Assembly: GCA_965205425.1 (NCBI GenBank)
Contig: CBDBGZ010000007.1
Location: 53,203 to 117,202 of the forward strand
From: Nitrosopumilus sp.
GTDB lineage: Archaea > Thermoproteota > Nitrososphaeria > Nitrososphaerales > Nitrosopumilaceae
Reading direction: 5' to 3'
Length of the DNA stretch: 64,000 bases
Shown here: positions 56,887-64,000 of the stretch, piece by piece
Layout of the letters: each line of letters starts with the position of its first letter
Position numbering within the stretch: the stretch's first letter is position 1
Notes under the pieces: generated by a model
What the model was told of the DNA's origin: nothing
What the model saw: the letters and a program-made list of their open reading frames with translations, nothing else
Database searches by the model: none
Translations under genes and position numbers: made by a program

Positions 56887-57468
56887 TTATTTACTTCCTG
56901 ATTTTGATTGTGCAGATTTTATTGCATTGATCAATTCTATTTTGTATTCTTCTCGTCCGGGAACATTATTGTTTTTCCCCATTTCAATAAGACGATTTTT
57001 TTCTTGTTCCAATATCCCAATTTCATCTAACTGATTTTTCTTCCATACTAAAGCACGGTATATTGCCATAGGAACAGAATCTAGAATTTCTTTTTTCTTA
57101 AATAATTTTGAAAAAATCATTAGTTCTCTAATATATCGACTACTTCTTCCAAAGTCATGTTCTAATGCTACAGAATAATTTGTAATAGTAAAATCATTTT
57201 TTATATCAGAATCAAACTTTTGAAATAATTTACCTAATTTCCAACATGTCAAGCTAGACATATTTTTGGTTCGAGTTTTACTCAAATTAGTTCCAAAAAA
57301 TAATTTTTCAGCTTCTTTTACAAGTTCAAAATATTTTTTTTTAAATTCTTGAATTTTTTCTTGTGCATTTTCTACCTCGTTGTAATCATATACATCAATC
57401 ATTACATCAACTGCACTTTTTCCACTAGGAGATGTTAATTCTACAATTTTTATAGGAATTTTTGCCAC
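56887..57468 (-). CDS. Helical protein resembling the DUF1016/YhcG N-terminal domain
   Basis: WKLGKLF..ALEHDFGRSSRYIRELMIFSKLF pattern; GTG start 1 nt after upstream stop, GGAG before it. Confidence 0.5.
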   Translation of the reverse strand: MAKIPIKIVELTSPSGKSAVDVMIDVYDYNEVENAQEKIQEFKKKYFELVKEAEKLFFGTNLSKTRTKNMSSLTCWKLGKLFQKFDSDIKNDFTITNYSVALEHDFGRSSRYIRELMIFSKLFKKKEILDSVPMAIYRALVWKKNQLDEIGILEQEKNRLIEMGKNNNVPGREEYKIELINAIKSAQSKSGSK

Positions 57469-57469
57469 A

Positions 57470-58999
57470 TCATCCACTCCAAGTTTTGTGAAGTAAATCT
57501 CGATACACATTTAGAGTCTTTGTAGGATCCCAGTTTTCTTTTATTTCATCATTTTTGAATTTGATTAATGCCTCAATCAAAACTCTATGAATGTTGAATT
57601 TTTCAAATTTCCCAAATCGGTCAGATCTTTGCATTGTGATATAGAATGGATGAAGTACATTGATGCAAACTGCTCCTTGACTAAGATCAACCCATGCTTC
57701 CTCTTTTTCATCAGGAAATTCTTCTGTAGGTATGATGCGAATGCCTTTAGATTTTCTTTCTTTTAATTTTCCTGCCGTATCTCCATCTTCATCTTCAACA
57801 TGCCCCGTACCATCTCCAGTTCCTGGTTCTTTGCCTGGACCTGCTTTGACAGTTTTTGTTCCATCTCCAAGGGCATCCCCTGGGACTTCTGAAATGGCTA
57901 TATCTCCAGCATCATCAGGACCTGTAACCATTCTTTTTCTTGGATTCAAAAATGGGTTAAGATCTTTGAAATCTTTTGTTTTTAGTAATCTGTCTAATTC
58001 TTGAGTGAATTCATTAACAATTTCAGTTGTCTGAACTTTTGAAGTATTATCTTTTGTAGTTAATCCTTGTTCCTTAAGAAAATCAACAAAGAATTTCTGG
58101 GTTGCCTGTCTAGTTTGATTTGTTTCCCAATTATTTATAAAACTCTCTTTATCTGTTCTAATATGCTTTGCAAGATGGCTTACATCAACTAAACAAAAAA
58201 CGTTATTCCAAACTCCATCTCTAAGTTGAATTGGTTGTGAAATTGTTTCATTGAGTATTCTTTTTCCATGAACTGAATATACTATGTGGCGCCCTTGTTC
58301 TGGAATTTCATTACGTGAAACCCAACAGTAACAGTCAATTTTCTTTTTTTTCCAGATAAAGGATTTTTTAAATTTTTCTTTAGGATCAAAGGGTTCAATT
58401 TTTATTCCATCAATAATTACAGTAAATTGTTTTTTTAATAATGCAAAGTTCCACCAAAATTGGACTATGTGAGACAGTCTTTCTTTACAGTATGCATAAC
58501 CATGTTCATTTAATCTAACTCGATATGTTGTTCCATACTTGTGCTTGTAATTATTTCCAAAAATTTTAGAAAGATCATCAATTTCTTCCATGCCTACATC
58601 ATCTTCTGTCCTAAGCATACGGGAAGCCATAAAATTTGATTTTCCATCTCCTGTGATGGCAAATATTTCCCCACCGAGTGTTGAAGCTAGGAAAACTTTT
58701 GCACCTACTCCTGCAAATCCAATCCCTCCTCCTTTTGCTTTAACCGACGATGCAATGACATGATATTTTTTAAATTGTTGTTTAGTCATAGGTGTGCCAT
58801 TATTGTGAAAATTGATGTAACCGCCAAAACTAGTTTTTTCTAAAGTAATCTCTATTGTGGGATTTTTTATTTTATCTTCCAAAAATACATCTTGAGCATT
58901 TGCAAATGCTTCACACAGAAGAATGTCTTCATCTTTAAAATGATACATATCAAGAAGATCTTTTAAAACATGTACTCGGTCTACTTCTAATGATTTCAA
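57470..58999 (-). CDS. MORC/GHKL-family ATPase
   Basis: EAFANAQD, NNGTPM, GIGFAGVGAK, GTT boxes; C-terminal INVLHPFY. Confidence 0.8.
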   Translation of the reverse strand: MKSLEVDRVHVLKDLLDMYHFKDEDILLCEAFANAQDVFLEDKIKNPTIEITLEKTSFGGYINFHNNGTPMTKQQFKKYHVIASSVKAKGGGIGFAGVGAKVFLASTLGGEIFAITGDGKSNFMASRMLRTEDDVGMEEIDDLSKIFGNNYKHKYGTTYRVRLNEHGYAYCKERLSHIVQFWWNFALLKKQFTVIIDGIKIEPFDPKEKFKKSFIWKKKKIDCYCWVSRNEIPEQGRHIVYSVHGKRILNETISQPIQLRDGVWNNVFCLVDVSHLAKHIRTDKESFINNWETNQTRQATQKFFVDFLKEQGLTTKDNTSKVQTTEIVNEFTQELDRLLKTKDFKDLNPFLNPRKRMVTGPDDAGDIAISEVPGDALGDGTKTVKAGPGKEPGTGDGTGHVEDEDGDTAGKLKERKSKGIRIIPTEEFPDEKEEAWVDLSQGAVCINVLHPFYITMQRSDRFGKFEKFNIHRVLIEALIKFKNDEIKENWDPTKTLNVYRDLLHKTWSG

Positions 59000-60234
59000 A
59001 AGTTTGGTAGCCTCCCAGGTCTTGTAATTACATAATATTCACATCTATCCCACAAATGACTCAAACTTCGTTCCTGAGATATGATTGGATTATTTAGAAA
59101 GTCAGGATTAAAGAGATATTCAAGATCATCAAAGAGCTGTTTCCATGGAATTTTCTTATTAGTATACATAGGAGCTTTCTTTCCATCTTTAGATGTAATA
59201 TCAAAGTCTCGGTCACGTAATCTATTTGCGATTAATTTGCACAAAATTTCAAAAATATGTCGTTTACAGAGATTCATTGCAGCATCAATATTTACAGATT
59301 CACCTGACTCCATCCAAGGTTTAATGTGTGATGTAATCAATAATTCAAAAAAGGTTGTAACATTTTGTAATTCTAAATGTCTGTAATCTGTTTCTTGTTT
59401 CATTTCTTCATTAGAGATTGGAATTGTTCTAACTAGATGAGTTAAGCCATAAAACGCATTTTTGGATGTAAGTAATGGAAATTCAAGATTTCCTTGATGT
59501 TGTTTGAATTGTTCCACAATGTTGGAAATTTTAGTTTTAGGAACTTGTGCATCTGAAATGAATTTGTATTGGTTAACTAGAGAATCAGGATTATTTTTAA
59601 TTTTATCAAGAAGAATTGCAATGATAATTTCTTTAGTTTTTAATTTTTGTAATTTTTCTTTGGTGCTCAAATTTTTAGCCATATACATATCATTAATGAT
59701 TTCAGATTCTGAAGGTTCTCTTTTTAGTTCATTTTTCAATTTCTTTTTGATTTCATTAAATTGATCATTTAGAGAACCATATCTTCTACCAGCTGGTGGA
59801 TCTTTTCTAGCCTCATTTGACATGTATCCTAGAGTCAATCTTTCATCAGGTTGTAATTCCAAGTAAATTTTGGCAGGAGCTTTTTCAATTCCTAGTTCAC
59901 GTAAAACATGATATCGATGTTGTCCTGCTAGTAAGAGATACTGGTTATTACCTAAATCCTCTACAGTTAATGGTTCGATTAGTCCTTCAGCGTTAACTTG
60001 GGGCTCTAATCGTTTTAGTAAGCTAACATCTTTTTCACGAACAACAATTTTTTGATCTATTTTAATTTGAGATAATTCAATCTCATTTAGATAGAAATAT
60101 CTCAATCTATCTTGTTTTTCAAGCACTCTATCTACAAAAATCTCAGATTTTAGACTTTGAAATTGTGACAATCTTTGCAAATCCTCTTTTTGTTTTTTAT
60201 CTAAATATGATACATTTTGTGTCTCATTTACCAT
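58996..60234 (-). CDS. ParB/Srx N-terminal domain protein
   Basis: [25 protein letters not shown]; long uncharacterised helical C-terminus. Confidence 0.8.
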   Translation of the reverse strand: MVNETQNVSYLDKKQKEDLQRLSQFQSLKSEIFVDRVLEKQDRLRYFYLNEIELSQIKIDQKIVVREKDVSLLKRLEPQVNAEGLIEPLTVEDLGNNQYLLLAGQHRYHVLRELGIEKAPAKIYLELQPDERLTLGYMSNEARKDPPAGRRYGSLNDQFNEIKKKLKNELKREPSESEIINDMYMAKNLSTKEKLQKLKTKEIIIAILLDKIKNNPDSLVNQYKFISDAQVPKTKISNIVEQFKQHQGNLEFPLLTSKNAFYGLTHLVRTIPISNEEMKQETDYRHLELQNVTTFFELLITSHIKPWMESGESVNIDAAMNLCKRHIFEILCKLIANRLRDRDFDITSKDGKKAPMYTNKKIPWKQLFDDLEYLFNPDFLNNPIISQERSLSHLWDRCEYYVITRPGRLPNF

Positions 60235-60446
60235 GACTTTGTCTCCTTAGAAAAAGAATATTTTGACTGGAATTTGTTACTTTTTTTCTGATTACACTTT
60301 GCACAAAGTACTTGTAGATTTCCCAAAATGTCAGAACCTCCTTTAGATTTTGGATAAATGTGATCGATTTGTAAATTATTTGCAGTTCCACATTGGATGC
60401 ATTTTGAATTTAATGCAAATACTTGCCTTCTAATATCTAATTTCAT
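60228..60446 (-). CDS. Stand-alone HNH endonuclease
   Basis: [18 protein letters not shown]....[12 protein letters not shown]. Confidence 0.92.
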   Translation of the reverse strand: MKLDIRRQVFALNSKCIQCGTANNLQIDHIYPKSKGGSDILGNLQVLCAKCNQKKSNKFQSKYSFSKETKSW

Positions 60447-62122
60447 GATTGAATCTCCAACACAAATTTAAGAACTTGTCTTTTACTTCCATTAACATCT
60501 TGTTCTTCTTTCCAATAGTGTTTGACATATCTTACTTTACCCACAAATGAATAGATGTTATCTAAAGAACCTCTTTTTCTTACTCCTTGCTCCTGATGCA
60601 TTTCTTTAAAAAACAACATTGGGGTATTTTCTGAATTTGCAATTTTGTAATTCCCTTTAGAGATAGTTTGATCACCCCTTTGCCCCTCACCTATAAATTT
60701 TATCAGATGTGCATCCTCATCAACATCATCCTCATATTGGTTAGAAAAAGTACTACAAAGAATTAAGATATTATTCTTTTTTGAATGCCTGATTCCTCCC
60801 ATGTTGCCAACACCAAATCTTTCTACTAATTCATCATTTGTAATATTTTGATCTCTTTGAATAATATCTATTTTTTTTAATTCATAATGTTTGATTGCTA
60901 GTCCATTTTCTTGTGGTTTAAATTCTAAAAATTTCTCAGATTCAGATATAGTTTTATTAGTTTTCTCTTCAATTATTGATTTCTTTTCAATATTTTCAGA
61001 GATTTTATTTTCTTCAACAGAACTTAATTCTTTTTTCCCATTCCTACATTTTCTACAATAAGATTGAGGTTTTTTGCTTTGAAGATTATTTGGATCAGAT
61101 AGTCTAAATCCAAAATATTTTTCAACTTTATTATCAAATTCAATTCCAGGTGATCCTTCTATTTTTGTTTCATGACATTTTGGACATTCTTTTACAATTT
61201 TAGACGTTGTTTCTACAGGGGGTATATTTTTAACAAAATTTTTAATTTTTTGTACCTTTGATGAACTTTTGATATTTGCATCAGACCATTCAATGTTACC
61301 CATATTGTTGGCATTTGGAAACTCATTTTCTGGAATATTGTGCTCTTTATTGTAGGTGGTAATTGCATTTACAAGATACTCAATTAATTCAATTCTTTGG
61401 AAATCTGCTAATTTTACATTTAATGTGTAATAAGGCAATCCAAAGTATTCTCCATCAGATGTCGCTAGTTCATGTTTTAGCAAGACATCATAAACTGAAA
61501 CTTTCAAATAATTTTTTACAGTTTCAAGATCTGCGGTATTTTTGTTATTAAAATAAGCTAATGACTCTGCAATGGCTCCCTTGTGTAATCTCCCACATTC
61601 TAATAATTCTTTTAACATTACATATTGATAATTGGCCTGAGGTTTGATTCCAGATTCAAAAAATTCTTTTAATTCATGATATGTTTTTACTGATTCATCA
61701 ATTTCTTCATAAATTGGTGTTGATTTTTTAGTCTCATCTGATTCTTCAACAATTCGTTGTTTTGTAGAGTCTTCTAACCACCAATTTTCATCGTCTGATT
61801 TTTTTGAGGAGTTTGTTTCTAATGAATCATCATTATCGGTTGAACTTTGGTTGCTCTCAGATTTTGTCAAACTTTTTACTTGTTCCAAATACTTTTCTTT
61901 GAATGTGCCCTTTCTAGGTCTAGTTCTTACTCGAATACTACAACAACTACAAAAAAGACCATCTCTAACTCCTTCAGGTGTAACAAAAATATCACAAACA
62001 TTACATCTGGAATTACCTGATGAGTAAAAACTGCCACTTTGCGGTCTTTTTGCTTTGAAATTAAGACATTTTCCTGTACATCTACTTTTAGAAATATTAT
62101 TCATACCGTCATAACCTCTCAC
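60443..62122 (-). CDS. Multidomain protein: Cys-rich Zn finger, helical domain, second Zn finger, C-terminal SRA-like domain
   Basis: N-terminus resembles 16582-16794; [49 protein letters not shown]...GN..YSFVG. Confidence 0.7.
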   Translation of the reverse strand: MRGYDGMNNISKSRCTGKCLNFKAKRPQSGSFYSSGNSRCNVCDIFVTPEGVRDGLFCSCCSIRVRTRPRKGTFKEKYLEQVKSLTKSESNQSSTDNDDSLETNSSKKSDDENWWLEDSTKQRIVEESDETKKSTPIYEEIDESVKTYHELKEFFESGIKPQANYQYVMLKELLECGRLHKGAIAESLAYFNNKNTADLETVKNYLKVSVYDVLLKHELATSDGEYFGLPYYTLNVKLADFQRIELIEYLVNAITTYNKEHNIPENEFPNANNMGNIEWSDANIKSSSKVQKIKNFVKNIPPVETTSKIVKECPKCHETKIEGSPGIEFDNKVEKYFGFRLSDPNNLQSKKPQSYCRKCRNGKKELSSVEENKISENIEKKSIIEEKTNKTISESEKFLEFKPQENGLAIKHYELKKIDIIQRDQNITNDELVERFGVGNMGGIRHSKKNNILILCSTFSNQYEDDVDEDAHLIKFIGEGQRGDQTISKGNYKIANSENTPMLFFKEMHQEQGVRKRGSLDNIYSFVGKVRYVKHYWKEEQDVNGSKRQVLKFVLEIQS

Positions 62123-62179
62123 ACCATTACTTTTTTGTATATCTGGGTTTTTTTGTTTTCGATCATATTATCTGTTCTC

Positions 62180-62210
62180 ATATAGAACATATAGTGTGTT
62201 CTATATTTAA
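62180..62210 (-). promoter_or_regulatory. TATA box with adjoining palindrome upstream of the five-gene operon
   Basis: TTTAAATA on - strand (62203-62210); ATATAGAACA-N7-TGTTCTATAT (62180-62206). Confidence 0.6.
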
Positions 62211-62233
62211 AGATTAGCTGATCTGCCCCAGAT

Positions 62234-63275
62234 TGTTCTTTCCAGAAATTATTTCGTGTCACTTTCATGAGTAATTCCTCCATAGAATGCTTGGGTCTAT
62301 GAGTATTTCGTTTGTTATCATCTTGGAGTGATACGCATCAGATGGTGTCTCCATGTTATCCAAGTCTAGTGCGCCATGAACTCTAATGTGATTGTACCAA
62401 TGCATAAACTGCTCCACTGACTCAAAGTATTCTATTTTACACTCAAAGATATCCCAGAACTTTTCTAGCTTACCATTTGTTTGTGGATGTCTCACTCTTG
62501 TACGAGAGTGCTTTACGTGATGTCTCATTAGTTGCTGCTCAAAGTCTACTGGCTTGTTATGATCAAGAGTATTGACATTTGATGTGAACTGTTTTCCATT
62601 ATCAGATAGTACGGATGCTGGTCTACCGTGATTCTTTATTGCATCAGATAGTACTGCAGAAGAATTCACAGATGTTGCCTCATCATACACTCCGAAACCC
62701 GTGATAAATCGTGAGGCATCATCTTCAAATGCAATTAGTTGTTTTCCTGCCCAGCGTGAATCATGTATTGTGTGCCAGTCAGTATGCCACAGTGAATTTG
62801 AATATTCACGTTCATACCTGATCCACTTTCTTCTCATCTTTTTCCGTGGTTGCTCAACTGATAATCCTTCATCTAGCATAATCTTGTGGATGCGATTGTG
62901 GTTTATCTTGGTATTGTACAATTTTGATATGATTTTCTCAAGGTATAGTGCGTTTGTATGAAATTTTTCTTGAACTTGTTTGACTAGCTCTATCTCGTGT
63001 ACAGTGACTGGCTTTTTTGGACGCCCTGGTCTTTTGAGTGTGGGAATCTTTTTGGTTTTTTTGTACTGAGAGTAGACTTGTTGTACTCTTCTAGGCGTTA
63101 TCTTGAGGATTACTGAAATATCTAAATTCTTGACTTTTTCATTTTTAGATTGTATAATCCACCTGATCTTATTCTCATCTAACTTTACCATAGGTATGCC
63201 ACGATACCCACGCATACGATAGTATGGGAATGATGCTCTCCTAGTTAAGGGGTGAAATAATTTCCGGAAAAGATA
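62234..63275 (-). mobile_element. IS481-family element type B, copy 2 (transposase 62265-63215)
   Basis: 1042 bp, two substitutions seen versus copy 1; 15-bp TSD TGATCTGCCCCAGAT. Confidence 0.93.
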
Positions 63276-63440
63276 TGATCTGCCCCAGATCAGCGGATTA
63301 AATCATGCCTAAATTTCCACAAAATATGAAATCAAAACTTTTTGCGATCACAAATGATGATGATTATTTCAAACGGGACATCTTTTAGTATTCCTCTAAG
63401 GAGTATTTTCCTTTTTCTAAATTTTGGTAAATCTCAGAAA

Positions 63441-63695
63441 TTAACTACTGAAAACAGTAATGTTTGTTCTGACATCCACACCAATTTCTCTTAATTGATC
63501 TAAAATGCCCGAATTTCTTAAAATCGCATTTGCTTGATTTTGTTTTTCTCTAATTTCTTCTACGACGTCTTGTGGGATTTCATCTTCAGATATAGTACTT
63601 TTTTCATAAGAATCAGATGGTTCAGATAATCTAAGAGTTACATCGTCTAATTGGTCTATGTTATTTGAAACCCCAGAATTATTGATGAGTTCCAA
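63441..63695 (-). CDS. Hypothetical protein, probably a 3' remnant
   Basis: TTG-start ORF just downstream of a MITE insertion. Confidence 0.4.
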   Translation of the reverse strand: MELINNSGVSNNIDQLDDVTLRLSEPSDSYEKSTISEDEIPQDVVEEIREKQNQANAILRNSGILDQLREIGVDVRTNITVFSS

Positions 63696-63785
63696 CCCAT
63701 TCTGAATTTATATCTCCTATCAGAAATTATATCTTCGGTTCCACATTTTGGACACTAATGATTCTGAATGTTTTTCTTGATCATA

Positions 63786-63916
63786 TAGCGAAAAGATAAA
63801 GTTCGTGAACTAAAAATCATCAAAAAACTAGAGATTAGATGATTTTACCTAAGGTAAATACGAATAAACAATCTGAAACACCTTGAAAATAGTTCATGAA
63901 CATATGCTTCTCGCTA
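63786..63916 (+). mobile_element. 131-bp MITE, copy 2
   Basis: TA flanks; reverse complement of 18196-18326. Confidence 0.9.
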
Positions 63917-64000
63917 TATAAGGTGGTAGAATTTTTTGCTGAATTACCACAATTAGAGCAACAGTATTTTTCAGAATTGGACATGCCGTATATTCACAAA

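Noticed and set aside
57470..58999. MutL, topoisomerase VI B or Hsp90
   Set aside because: Only the GHKL boxes are shared; context and the INxxHP C-terminal motif fit MORC-like proteins better
58996..60234. Chromosome or plasmid partition ParAB locus
   Set aside because: No ParA Walker-type ATPase nearby; neighbours are HNH and GHKL proteins
51899..63290. Arrival of the operon as an IS481 composite transposon
   Set aside because: The right copy has its own TSD on both sides and the outer flanks do not match

Overview
AT-rich archaeal DNA. Gene content (grpE-dnaK-dnaJ, sucCD, ileS, rpl40e, DpsL, folD/purN/purD, tRNA-Val with a BHB intron, thaumarchaeal-type small and surface proteins) points to a Nitrosopumilus-like ammonia-oxidising archaeon; this is recognition by eye, not a database result. 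Core blocks (1-8 kb, 18.5-29.6 kb, 39.4-42.8 kb) alternate with accessory regions holding about 16 IS copies or fragments of about 10 types plus two identical 131-bp MITEs (roughly 14.5 kb, over 20% of the window), and many pseudogenes. This resembles a host-associated lineage undergoing IS expansion. There are two paralogous FG-GAP/Ig-repeat surface-protein genes, one intact (2446 aa) and one disrupted. Most notable: (1) a tightly coupled five-gene operon at 56.9-62.1 kb (Zn-finger/helical/SRA-like protein, stand-alone HNH, ParB-like protein, MORC-type GHKL ATPase, DUF1016N-like protein) with a palindrome beside its TATA box, a candidate undescribed modification-sensing defence system; (2) a 34-bp foreign insert flanked by an exact 37-bp duplication inside a transposase gene, matching the geometry of an off-target CRISPR spacer integration; (3) an iteron-like TGTCGTG cluster next to a small HNH gene; (4) an IS630-linked MITE family. 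Domain calls come from motifs read by eye and need HMM or structure confirmation. Some single-base indels could be sequencing errors.
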